From a virus (Duplodnaviria > Heunggongvirae > Uroviricota > Caudoviricetes), in the IMG/VR virus record IMGVR_UViG_3300012943_000028, positions 304,642 to 358,444 of that record: a stretch of 53,803 bases of DNA; one strand, given 5' to 3'. The notes under the pieces were generated by a model. The model saw only the letters and a list, made by a program, of their open reading frames with translations, had not been told where the DNA came from and did not search any database. Positions within the stretch are counted from its first letter, which is position 1. The number at the start of each line of letters is the position of its first letter. Positions 43,900 to 52,506 of the stretch are shown piece by piece. The position numbers and the translations under genes were made by a program.

Positions 43900-44605
43900 C
43901 TTTTTCCTCCAGCTTGGAGATGAGATAGCCACCTAGGTCCCACTTGCCAAAGCGGTTGGCGTTCGGGTCTTCGTGGTGCTTGACGTGGTAGCCCTCGCCC
44001 CAGGTAAGGAACCAAAGGAGAGGGTCTGAGTGGGTGTGCCCATCACGGTGAGAGATGGAAACGATGGTTGATCCAGCATTCCAGAGAATTGCTGCTGGTA
44101 CAAGCCAGCCGCAGATGAGCGCAAATGGACCAAATGCTAGGAGGAGCGCGAGCGCATAGACAGCATTGATCGTGAAGTAGTGCTTATGCTGCCATGTGTA
44201 AAACGGATCACGCAGTAGGTGAGTGGCGTACTTCACCTCTACCTTTGCGAACATGCTGAGATAGTGGCACCAGAACCAGCCCCTGTGCTTTGGTGAGTGT
44301 GGGTCTTTCTCAGTGTCAGTGAAGGCGTGGTGCTTGCGGTGCACGGCAACCCAGCTGATCGCCGGGCCGGTCATGCCAATCGTGGCGAGCAGAGTGAAGA
44401 TGATCTCAAAGCCGCGTGGGCACTTCCAGCTCTTGTGCGACAGGAAGCGGTGATACGTCATCGTCATACCAAGACAGCCGTTCAGGAAGTACACGAACAG
44501 CGCCACAAGCCAATGATACCAATGGCCGTACATGAACATCGGGATGAGAGCCAGGTGGGCGATGATCTGCGCACCGAGGATAGTTGATGGTTTTGCTGGG
44601 ATCAT
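43874..44605 (-). CDS. fatty-acid (delta-9-type) desaturase
   Basis: His boxes YHRFLSH, HRKHH, GEGYHVKHH. Confidence 0.9.
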   Translation of the reverse strand: MIPAKPSTILGAQIIAHLALIPMFMYGHWYHWLVALFVYFLNGCLGMTMTYHRFLSHKSWKCPRGFEIIFTLLATIGMTGPAISWVAVHRKHHAFTDTEKDPHSPKHRGWFWCHYLSMFAKVEVKYATHLLRDPFYTWQHKHYFTINAVYALALLLAFGPFALICGWLVPAAILWNAGSTIVSISHRDGHTHSDPLLWFLTWGEGYHVKHHEDPNANRFGKWDLGGYLISKLEEKDVELEKSV

Positions 44606-45147
44606 GTGAAGGTGTCGAACACTAGGTGAGTACGAGGTTCTGTGCTTGCATTGACGGCGGTGTGCGGTGCCTGCGTCCTGAAGCGGTACATCTGCCCTAC
44701 GAGCGGCATGCGGTAGATGACGTTGTTGACTACGAAGAAGTTGCTGTCGTTCGTCTCAATCGGAATATGGTAGCGGAACTCCTCAAGGTCGGTGTGCAGC
44801 GTGTAGCAGGTCTTCGGCTGCAGGCGCATGATGCGCACTCGACCAATGTTGACGTAGTGGCGCTTGGCATACGCCTCAACGTCCTTGATCACGCGCTCGA
44901 GGTATGAGCCTTCTAGCTTCTTTGCGGTCTGCGTGTAGTTTGAAGTGGAGTCAATGAACTCCTTCTTCGTATAGTCATACAGCGAGCCGGTTCCAGCGAA
45001 CCAATCTGTCGACTCACGAAGTGAGACTTGATTGTGCCACTGGTACTTGTCCATGTCGAACGTTGGGTCCATGAAAATGAGGTCCCAAGCAGCTCGCTTG
45101 ATGTGCTCAGCGTTGAACCAGATGTCTAGCGGTTTGATTGCGTCCAT
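44602..45147 (-). CDS. aspartyl/asparaginyl beta-hydroxylase-like 2OG-Fe(II) oxygenase
   Basis: LQPKTCYTLHTD, RYHIPI, PHTAVN..RTHLVF. Confidence 0.8.
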   Translation of the reverse strand: MDAIKPLDIWFNAEHIKRAAWDLIFMDPTFDMDKYQWHNQVSLRESTDWFAGTGSLYDYTKKEFIDSTSNYTQTAKKLEGSYLERVIKDVEAYAKRHYVNIGRVRIMRLQPKTCYTLHTDLEEFRYHIPIETNDSNFFVVNNVIYRMPLVGQMYRFRTQAPHTAVNASTEPRTHLVFDTFT

Positions 45148-45189
45148 GAAAGTATATAGGAAAAATTCTTACATCAGCAATCTCGAGGC

Positions 45190-45224
45190 AAAAAGAAGGG
45201 CAGGTTCCTTTCGAAACCTGCCCT
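45190..45224 (-). terminator. Rho-independent terminator after the right tRNA array
   Basis: GGGCAGGTT/AACCTGCCC stem followed by TTCTTTTT. Confidence 0.8.
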
Positions 45225-45230
45225 ATTCAT

Positions 45231-45320
45231 TGGCGGAAACGGTGAGATTCGAACTCACGAGCCCCTTGCGGAACTTTCACCTTTCCAGGGTGACGGATTA
45301 AACCACTCTCCCACGTCTCC
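45231..45320 (-). tRNA. tRNA-Ser(GGA)
   Basis: long variable arm, G73. Confidence 0.95.
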
Positions 45321-45435
45321 ATTGTTCACAGCGCATATCACGCTCATGCTCCTTCTTCAGGAGCTTCTGCTTTGGGTTGATCATGACGCAGCAACGGCAT
45401 GAGCACATGACCTCTCGCTTACCACGAAGGTTCAT
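45298..45435 (-). CDS. 45-aa Cys-rich peptide (MNLRGKREVMCSCRCC...)
   Basis: GGAGG RBS; translated manually; stop lies inside tRNA-Ser. Confidence 0.5.
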   Translation of the reverse strand: MNLRGKREVMCSCRCCVMINPKQKLLKKEHERDMRCEQWRRGRVV

Positions 45436-45467
45436 GTTGCCTCCACCTCTGCCACGACCTAGGCTCT

Positions 45468-45746
45468 TCACGCAGCCTGCCAGTCTGGGTGATCACGCTC
45501 TACGTGATTACCCTCGACCTTCGAGCAGCGACAGTGGCTGTCACCGATCGGTGGAAGCGGCTTCATGCGGCCCTCAAAGTGCGCCTCAAGCAAGTGGCAC
45601 ATGTCTTCGGCGAGCTTGTTTGGATCACCAGAAAAATCTGGAGAGAGCGTGAACTTGATGTCGACGATGCCGCTGGAGTTGATCTTCTCCTGAAGCGCAT
45701 CAATGCGTGCCCTCAAGTCTGGTCGAAGCTGATCACGAACGCTCAT
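45468..45746 (-). CDS. hypothetical protein
   Basis: AAGGAG RBS. Confidence 0.7.
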   Translation of the reverse strand: MSVRDQLRPDLRARIDALQEKINSSGIVDIKFTLSPDFSGDPNKLAEDMCHLLEAHFEGRMKPLPPIGDSHCRCSKVEGNHVERDHPDWQAA

Positions 45747-46024
45747 TTGATTCTCCTTGATTGTATTCGATGCCTCATAGCCAGGGTTCTGTTTGATTCC
45801 CTATCATTCCTCTAAGCACCAACCCGGACCCTCGGCGAGCAGCGTCATGAGGTCCTGTTTGGCTTGCTGCGGAGCCGTTGTGGTACAGCGAAGGGCCCTA
45901 GCGATTTGCCGAAGCAGAGATCGTTCTAGCAGCCACCTCTCCCACAGAGCGACAAGCCCTGCTCTTTGCAGCCCTGAACTTCCTCCAGTGTTTCCACCAG
46001 CGATAGGTCGGGCGTCGAATTTAA

Positions 46025-46147
46025 TGGTTGGTGGTTTTACGTAGCGCACGAGTCGAACGTGAGTGCCGCTCTACGTTAAGGGTCTGCCGAATGCATTCAG
46101 CTTCTCCCGATCGGCCGATCTAACCAGCCACCCTCGCTAAAGGATGG
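46025..46147 (-). ncRNA. tRNA-like structured RNA of unknown type
   Basis: T-arm CACG-TTCGACT-CGTG; terminal TGGTTGG/CCAACCA pairing ending in CCA. Confidence 0.4.
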
Positions 46148-46159
46148 CCCAACCAAGTT

Positions 46160-46249
46160 TGGCGGAGAAGGTGGGATTTGAACCCACGGGCAACTTACGT
46201 CACCTCCGGTTTTCGAGACCGGCGCCTTAAGCCTCTCAGCCACCTCTCC
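46160..46249 (-). tRNA. tRNA-Ser(CGA)
   Basis: CCGGT-CTCGAAA-ACCGG, long variable arm. Confidence 0.95.
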
Positions 46250-46250
46250 A

Positions 46251-46532
46251 TTATTTGTTGCTGCGGTTCTTTCCGATGTGGAAGCCGGAGCAGTGCAGGC
46301 ACTTGTACGTTGAAAAGTGCTTGCCGTTTTTCTTTGACATTGCCTCAGCGGCCTTAAGGGCGGTTGCCTTTGTGTTGTAGGTGACCTTCGGTTTTCCTGA
46401 ACCCTGAGAAATGTGCGAGTTGATGTGGAACAATCCCCACGCGTTGCGCGTGACAAGGAAGTTCTTAACTAAGCGTCTAATTGGAAGTTGGTCCTTGATG
46501 ACGAGCAAAAGGTTTTTGATTTTCATGCTCAT
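46251..46532 (-). CDS. basic hypothetical protein with CxxC
   Basis: YKCLHCSGFHIG; AGGAG RBS. Confidence 0.7.
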   Translation of the reverse strand: MSMKIKNLLLVIKDQLPIRRLVKNFLVTRNAWGLFHINSHISQGSGKPKVTYNTKATALKAAEAMSKKNGKHFSTYKCLHCSGFHIGKNRSNK

Positions 46533-46541
46533 CTCCTGTAG

Positions 46542-46631
46542 TGGCGGAAACGGTGAGATTCGAACTCACGGCCGACTCTCGCCGACGTCTCTTTAGCAAA
46601 GAGGTGGGATAAACCGCTCCCCCACGTTTCC
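46542..46631 (-). tRNA. tRNA-Ser(GCT)
   Basis: loop TT-GCT-AA, long variable arm. Confidence 0.93.
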
Positions 46632-47240
46632 ATTCATTAGTGTGTTCCATCGTTCACCGAACAGCTCATAGAGCCTTTGTACACGGCGTTCGATGAAGTC
46701 ACGATTTGAGAACCGCTCGAGCTTTTGCAGCGAGTGTTGGTTCTCAAGTGAAATTTGCGACAAGTCGAAATGACTTGATGGTGCGCTCTCAAACGTAATG
46801 ACTTTGCCGTTCTTCGGCAAGCTGTCGAAAAACGCTCCAAACTCAAAGTGAAGCGTCGTGAAATTTGCGTACGTTGCAGCCGGAACAAGTGTGGCTGCCT
46901 TGGCTGGGCCTAGCTCGTTCAACTTACCCCAACCATAGACGAATGCTACGATATAGGAGTAGCACACCTCTCTGAAGTCACGCATCAAGATGAAGATGTC
47001 ATGCGAGTCTGTTTCGACGGCGTTGTTGAACCAAGTGCGCACGTAATCTTGGTAGATGAGCTGTGAACCGAAGAACTTCACGCAGCTGTCAGAGTTGACT
47101 AGGTTTGCGTGTAGCTCAGGCCATTGCTCCACAGTAAGGTGGCGGCTGAACGGCTCACGAAGCTGGATTGAACGCCTGCTAGCTTCCAGCAGAGCGCTGC
47201 TCCTTGTTCGTGGAACGGTGTAGATCATCATTGGTTTCAT
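46593..47240 (-). CDS. sulfotransferase-fold/P-loop-like protein, paralog 1
   Basis: IYTVPRTRSS resembles a PAPS-binding loop; EPF. Confidence 0.55.
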   Translation of the reverse strand: MKPMMIYTVPRTRSSALLEASRRSIQLREPFSRHLTVEQWPELHANLVNSDSCVKFFGSQLIYQDYVRTWFNNAVETDSHDIFILMRDFREVCYSYIVAFVYGWGKLNELGPAKAATLVPAATYANFTTLHFEFGAFFDSLPKNGKVITFESAPSSHFDLSQISLENQHSLQKLERFSNRDFIERRVQRLYELFGERWNTLMNGNVGERFIPPLC

Positions 47241-47824
47241 GAGTACTTCTCGTCGATCAAGTCGCCATGCAGCTCGAGAATTCTGTCAATCGCCCTGTCC
47301 ACCTGCTCAAGGTTGTTGATGCAGCTGAGGCGTTGAAGCGAGTTTTGATTGTCTAGGGTGTTAAGCGTCGCATCGAAGTGCGAGGCTGGCAGATCGCTGT
47401 ACTCGATGATCGTTGCGTTTCTGGGAAAGAAGCGAACGAAGTTGTCCATCTCGTGGGTGAGGTGGGCAAGGATTCCAAAGTCCACGTCTACCTGCCTAGG
47501 TGGCAGCTCGGTCTTCTTGTTCCAGCCAAACACGCAGGCGAGGACGAATGAGTAGCACACCTCGCGTGTATCACGCTTCACAACGAAGATGTCGTGGGTG
47601 TCCTGAGCAGCTTCAAACCAGCTGCGAGCTGGTGGAAAGTGCGAGAGGTGAATGCCAAAGAACTTGGATGCGGTGTTCGGATCGTTGAGCTGCGCCTTCA
47701 GCGCTTCCCACTCAAACGGCTTGTACACGGCGAAGGGCTCATCTAGCTTGACATCTCTCTTGCATGAGTTGAGCACTGCTGTTGAGCGTGCACGTGGAAG
47801 AGAGTAGATGATGACAGGCTTCAT
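47237..47824 (-). CDS. sulfotransferase-fold/P-loop-like protein, paralog 2
   Basis: IYSLPRARST; visibly similar to its neighbour (REVCYS, LENQ/LDNQ). Confidence 0.55.
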   Translation of the reverse strand: MKPVIIYSLPRARSTAVLNSCKRDVKLDEPFAVYKPFEWEALKAQLNDPNTASKFFGIHLSHFPPARSWFEAAQDTHDIFVVKRDTREVCYSFVLACVFGWNKKTELPPRQVDVDFGILAHLTHEMDNFVRFFPRNATIIEYSDLPASHFDATLNTLDNQNSLQRLSCINNLEQVDRAIDRILELHGDLIDEKYS

Positions 47825-47838
47825 GAGGCCTCAAAAGT

Positions 47839-47912
47839 TGGAGCGGGTAGGGGGAATCGAACCCCCGCGTAAACCTTGGCAAGGTTTCAGGCTACCATTA
47901 CATCACACCCGC
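47839..47912 (-). tRNA. tRNA-Gly(GCC)
   Basis: AAACC-TTGCCAA-GGTTT, U73. Confidence 0.95.
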
Positions 47913-48034
47913 ATCGGCCGAAGGCGCCTTACGACGCCCTCGTAACGCATCCTACAACATGGTAGGTGCGCAATCGGCAGGAACCGCCTAGACGGTTCCA
48001 GGTACTCCTCGTACGCATGGTACGTGAGCGTAAG

Positions 48035-48111
48035 TGGTCGGAGAGACAGGATTTGAACCTGCGACATCTTGCTCCCAAAGCAAGCGCTCTACCAGGCTGA
48101 GCTACACTCCG
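48035..48111 (-). tRNA. tRNA-Pro(TGG)
   Basis: canonical cloverleaf. Confidence 0.95.
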
Positions 48112-48136
48112 ATGATCTATTTATGGGAACGGAAAT

Positions 48137-48212
48137 TGGTGGACCTGACAGGGATCGAACCTGCGACATCCTGCTTGCAAAGCAGGCGCTCTCCCAGCTG
48201 AGCTACAGGCCC
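48137..48212 (-). tRNA. tRNA-Ala(TGC)
   Basis: G3:U70, canonical. Confidence 0.95.
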
Positions 48213-48224
48213 ATGAAATGGGCA

Positions 48225-48338
48225 GCAAACAAAAACGATCGACGAGTTGCAACTTACCAGCGTTGCCTCTAGCGGCCGTACCGTACTAGATAGGATTCGA
48301 ACCTACTTATCTGTGGATAACCATCAATCACGGTTTGC
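48225..48338 (-). ncRNA. AACCG/TTATC element copy E enclosing a circularly permuted tRNA body
   Basis: order: element 3' half, T-arm, TCTAGT, linker, GCTAGA, D-arm GCAAC/GTTGC, element 5' half. Confidence 0.75.
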
Positions 48339-48406
48339 ATTCAAAGGCGTCGCTCTACGTTTGACGTGGAAGGCGCTTAGGCGTCTTCACTCAAGCGGCG
48401 CAAATT

Positions 48407-48482
<76 letters not shown>

Positions 48483-48827
48483 AAATCTGTCTCCTCAACC
48501 AGAGGAGAAGTCGTGTGTTGGCAGTGATTCCGCACCAACCTATTCCATGCTCCTGTTGTGGCATGGCAATCATTGCTTATATCCTCAGCTCTGCAGAGCC
48601 TCGGGCCAGTGGCGCTCGGTGAACTTTCGTTCCCACACAAAGTCGTGTTGGTCTCTCCATCTTTTTACCACGCTTACCAACGGTGCGCTACGCGCGAAGG
48701 TGGTTCCAATGCCCGATGGAGTTGGGCCCGAGTCATTACTCAACCGCGCGTCAGACTCAGAGTTAAGCGCGAGAGGTTCTCCTCATTCAAGCGGTGCGCA
48801 TCGGCACCTCATGAGTAGAAATTGAAT

Positions 48828-48917
48828 TGGCGGAAGTGGTAGGATTCGAACCCACGGGAGTCGTGAAACTCCTCTTGTTTTCAAGACAAGCGCCTTAAAC
48901 CGCTCAGCCACACTTCC
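48828..48917 (-). tRNA. tRNA-Ser(TGA)
   Basis: CTTGT-CTTGAAA-ACAAG, long variable arm. Confidence 0.95.
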
Positions 48918-49237
48918 AAATTCATTCTTGAGACTACGCTGTGAAGTTATCCGCCATTATGCCGTAGCGCAGCACGGTTACATAGCAACGATCATCATCC
49001 CAAGACAAGGTACTTCAAGTTGGCCACGAAGCTGCGATCCTTCCAACCACTGTCGCAGACCCTTTGGGTAGGGTGACCAAGAATTCTTCCACCATCACGG
49101 CTTTTAGGTGAACTGCTCCCTTCAGCCCCGAGATTTTGGGGTTACCGTCCGAATTACTCAATGCGGAGGAGCTACGTTTCGAGTACATCGAATTTTGAAA
49201 AAGCTAACATGCTGCATGAGCATGTCAAGAATTCGTT

Positions 49238-49366
49238 CAGTAAAGTTCAACAAAAACGGCGTCGGGTATTGTGCTCCCTGGACCACCAGCACACGGACGA
49301 ATCGAACGTCCTAGGGTTTTGTTTCAGGTAAAAAGATAACCAACATCCAACGGTTAAACTTTACTG
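49238..49366 (-). ncRNA. AACCG/TTATC element copy F (permuted, with T-arm and acceptor-like hairpin)
   Basis: extended terminal stem CAGTAAAGTT/AACTTTACTG; GGACG-TTCGATT-CGTCC inside. Confidence 0.75.
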
Positions 49367-49415
49367 AGCGAACTCAGTAGTATGTATTGTAGACAATCAA
49401 CCTACGAAAGTAAAC

Positions 49416-50018
49416 TTAGGCGGCTGCGAGCTTTGCCTTTGCAGCGTGAAGGTCTTCATCGAAGCTTGCGATCATGCCCTTGAGCTTCTTGGCGAGGCCC
49501 GAGAACCATGCCTTGATGCCGTTGAGCGAGAACCCTTCGTCAACCTTGTTGCGCTTGACGGTCAACTTCTCAGGAACCTCAGAGGCAGCGATTGCCTTGC
49601 TGTTGGCCTTGATGAGTTCATCAAGCATCTTCTTCACGCCAGGAACAAGCTTTGACTCGAGAAGTGACTTGACGACCTTCTCGTAGTCGACCTCAGTCGT
49701 TGCGTCCTTCTTCGTCTTCTTCGAGAGGGTCAGGGTGAGCTGAGCCGTCTCGATGACGCGCGTAAGCACGTCATCGGCAACATCGAAGAGCTCTGCTGCG
49801 GCAGACTTGATGTCGTCATTCAACTTGTTGCGATCGACAGTAAGCTTCTTGAGCTTGTCATCGATGTCGACGTATTCCTTGGTGAGGCGAGTCCAGCTTG
49901 CTGACTCCTTGCCCTTGAGACCTGCAATGACGCGTTCAACCACATCGCTTGCATTCTTGACTTCCTTGTAGTCAACACCCTTCTGACGCTTGCCTTCAAA
50001 AAGTTCTGCGACCTTCAT
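49416..50018 (-). CDS. hypothetical late protein, possibly virion-internal
   Basis: MKVAELFEG start. Confidence 0.8.
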   Translation of the reverse strand: MKVAELFEGKRQKGVDYKEVKNASDVVERVIAGLKGKESASWTRLTKEYVDIDDKLKKLTVDRNKLNDDIKSAAAELFDVADDVLTRVIETAQLTLTLSKKTKKDATTEVDYEKVVKSLLESKLVPGVKKMLDELIKANSKAIAASEVPEKLTVKRNKVDEGFSLNGIKAWFSGLAKKLKGMIASFDEDLHAAKAKLAAA

Positions 50019-50695
50019 GCGTGGCTCCCAATTTTGCGCCAGTTGCGAATGTACTTTGACGCACCAGTAAGATCAACGAGGTAACGGCCATACGGCTTGT
50101 CTGTGTCCTTACCATCGCTGAATGAATCAGCGAAATCAACGATGAACATGTTGCCTGCTGGCTTAAAGTTCGGAGATTTATCTGCGAGTGGGCCGTGCAC
50201 AATCTTTTTATTACCCTCTACGCTGCCATCATCATTGAGCCAGAAATCAAATACGTCCATTGCCTCATACTCATGAATCTTACCAACGGCCTTCTTGACC
50301 TTTTGGAGCTCTGTGTCGGACAGTGGGCGGTACTTGCCGTCCTTCGTTAGATCGGACCAATATGTTGGCTTCTCGTACAGAGAGATGCCAGCATCATGTG
50401 CAGCATTGAGCTCGTTCGATCCGAAAGCTTGCATGAGCGACATCTTCTTGAGACCAGTTCCACCCTTGCCACCGGAGTTGTACTCCTTGGCGAGACCGTC
50501 AGCAAGTTCCTTGCTCGACGTGGTGCTGATGCGGTGTTCCGACTTGTCAGACTTGACACCGTAGATGGCAAAGTTCTTGCCAACGGGCTTCACGAAAAAG
50601 CTGTCGTAGCCCTTAGGGACTTCAATGTCTGGGTTGTGTGCCTTACCGAACTTGCCGGTAACAACCTCAGCTTCCAAAAGTTCTCTAACGAGCAT
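50015..50695 (-). CDS. hypothetical late protein, possibly virion-internal
   Basis: MLVRELLEAE start; TAAATA upstream. Confidence 0.8.
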   Translation of the reverse strand: MLVRELLEAEVVTGKFGKAHNPDIEVPKGYDSFFVKPVGKNFAIYGVKSDKSEHRISTTSSKELADGLAKEYNSGGKGGTGLKKMSLMQAFGSNELNAAHDAGISLYEKPTYWSDLTKDGKYRPLSDTELQKVKKAVGKIHEYEAMDVFDFWLNDDGSVEGNKKIVHGPLADKSPNFKPAGNMFIVDFADSFSDGKDTDKPYGRYLVDLTGASKYIRNWRKIGSHA

Positions 50696-50738
50696 GATCT
50701 TGCCTCACAAACCTGATGATCTATTTATGAGGTGGGGA

Positions 50739-50815
50739 TGGTCGGAGTAGCGGGAATTGAACCCACGGCCTTTCCGCCCCGAACGGAACGCTCTACCAGG
50801 CTGAGCTATACTCCG
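50739..50815 (-). tRNA. tRNA-Pro(CGG)
   Basis: TTCCG-TTCGGGG-CGGAA. Confidence 0.95.
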
Positions 50816-51270
50816 GGAGTCTTTTCTGTGTCAGCACAGATTTTCTGCGTCATGATGGTGAACGTTAGGAGAACACCGTAGCGCATTACCTTGATCTCAG
50901 CAGGACCTGGTGGCAGGTCACCGTAGCTAGGGTTCATGAAGACGTCAAAGACCCTAACGCCGGCCTTGTAGGCTGGCAGGGATTCTGGCACGCTGGAGAT
51001 GATTCCAGTCTCTCGGCTGTAGATCAAGCCGACGCCATTGTACTTCTTGCTGCCGTCTGCGCAGAGCTCGGCAGGATCATCTTGAATGCCATCACCATCG
51101 CCGTCCATTGGCTTTGGTAGATCATCACCTAGCATCGTGATGCGGATGACATCTTCCTCAACTTGAGGAGGAGCTCCGCCAGAGCCGTCGATCAGAGGAT
51201 TAAAGAGAAGCACCACTAGAAAGATCAAGTGGAGCAATATCGAACCTGCAAGGCCGAGCGTTCTCTTCAT
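50806..51270 (-). CDS. membrane-anchored protein with a PDZ-like C-terminal segment
   Basis: N-terminal TM (SILLHLIFLVVLL); GVGLIY..SVPESLPAYKAGVR. Confidence 0.6.
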   Translation of the reverse strand: MKRTLGLAGSILLHLIFLVVLLFNPLIDGSGGAPPQVEEDVIRITMLGDDLPKPMDGDGDGIQDDPAELCADGSKKYNGVGLIYSRETGIISSVPESLPAYKAGVRVFDVFMNPSYGDLPPGPAEIKVMRYGVLLTFTIMTQKICADTEKTPGV

Positions 51271-51284
51271 GCAGATATTTAGAC

Positions 51285-51371
51285 TGGTGCGGCTGGTGGG
51301 AGTCGAACCCACACGCCCTTTCGGACCCCAGGCTCTCGACCTAGGAAGACTGCCAATTCCATCACAGCCGC
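51285..51371 (-). tRNA. tRNA-Leu(GAG) with C33
   Basis: CTAGG-TCGAGAG-CCTGG, long variable arm. Confidence 0.85.
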
Positions 51372-51376
51372 AAAAC

Positions 51377-51598
51377 TTATCCTACGAACTTCTCAACAAC
51401 TGCGTCGACTACACCGCCGACGGTTGGAGCGCCCGCCTCTTCTGCCGGTGCTTCCTCTTCCTTCTTGCCGCAGCAGCCACACTTTTCAGAGTGCTTGAGC
51501 GTACGGTCGAAGAGCTTGTACAAAGCGTAGAGGTGACCAAGGAGAAGCATCGTTAGGGCAACGATGAGCGAGATGCCAAATGAGAGAGGAAAATACAT
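51377..51598 (-). CDS. small membrane protein
   Basis: N-terminal TM, GGAG RBS. Confidence 0.7.
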   Translation of the reverse strand: MYFPLSFGISLIVALTMLLLGHLYALYKLFDRTLKHSEKCGCCGKKEEEAPAEEAGAPTVGGVVDAVVEKFVG

Positions 51599-51674
51599 GT
51601 CGGTTACTCCAGTGAATTGAAGAGTATCTGATCAGCTGGAGTATGATGCTGACGTATTTACGTCAACGAGAATT

Positions 51675-51761
51675 TGGTGCGCACGGTGGGATTCGAACCC
51701 ACACGCCCTCACGGACCCGACCTTCTGAGGATCGGAAGACTGCCAATTCCATCACGCGCGC
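51675..51761 (-). tRNA. tRNA-Leu(CAG)
   Basis: CGATC-CTCAGAA-GGTCG. Confidence 0.93.
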
Positions 51762-51911
51762 AAAAATGATGTAACGATCAAGGGTACCCTCAAGCTCTCT
51801 TACTCTGTGGTACCAACGCCTTGTTTTCGCATAGGGAAAGTCGAAGAGCTATCCACCTTCCCACGGGCCTTGGCCGCTAAGCCACGATTTGAAAGTCACA
51901 TCAAACTAGAT

Positions 51912-52036
51912 GACAACAAAAGCGAAGTCGGAAAATAGCATTGCTGCTAACCGTGTGGGTTTGAACCACATCGGATTTGCTCGAGCACCGTTTTACGGGC
52001 GCAGAGTTTACCAGATAACCAACATCAACGGTTGTC
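51912..52036 (-). ncRNA. AACCG/TTATC element copy G (permuted, with T-arm-like hairpin)
   Basis: GACAACCG..TGGTTATC..TGTGG-TTCAAAC-CCACA..CTTTTGTTGTC; begins 5 nt after a tRNA CCA. Confidence 0.75.
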
Positions 52037-52041
52037 AAACT

Positions 52042-52126
52042 TGGTGCCCCCAGTCGGGATCGAACCGACACGCCTTGCGGCACGAGTTTTTGAGACTCGC
52101 ATGACTACCAATTCCATCACAGGGGC
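52042..52126 (-). tRNA. tRNA-Leu(CAA)
   Basis: CGAGT-CTCAAAA-ACTCG. Confidence 0.95.
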
Positions 52127-52427
52127 AAAAACAAAATGTGAAGTCGCAACGCTCCCTTAGCTTAGTGGTTCGGGAACCCAAGGTGTTTCCACCATGACCT
52201 CTTCACGCCGGCATACCGACTAGCCGCTGCCCAAGGAGATAGGGGCCTATTTCGGTGATGCGCCTACCTCAAGCTCTTGCAGAAAAACTAGGAGCGGTTC
52301 TGGCCGCTCGCGTCTGTTTAACGTGTAGACGGACACTATCGGTTCGATTGTCGACCGCGCAGTTGGCCACCCGCAGGGTCTCTTAACCTCCACGCCGGTG
52401 CACTATGTGCGTCGTGGCAATCGAATT

Positions 52428-52502
52428 TGGTGGGACAAGAAGGAATCGGACCTTCGACCTACGCGTTATCAGCACGTTGCTCTACCACTGAGCTACTGTC
52501 CC
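52428..52502 (-). tRNA. tRNA-Ile(GAT)
   Basis: loop CT-GAT-AA, T-loop TCCGATT. Confidence 0.92.
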
Positions 52503-52506
52503 AAAT

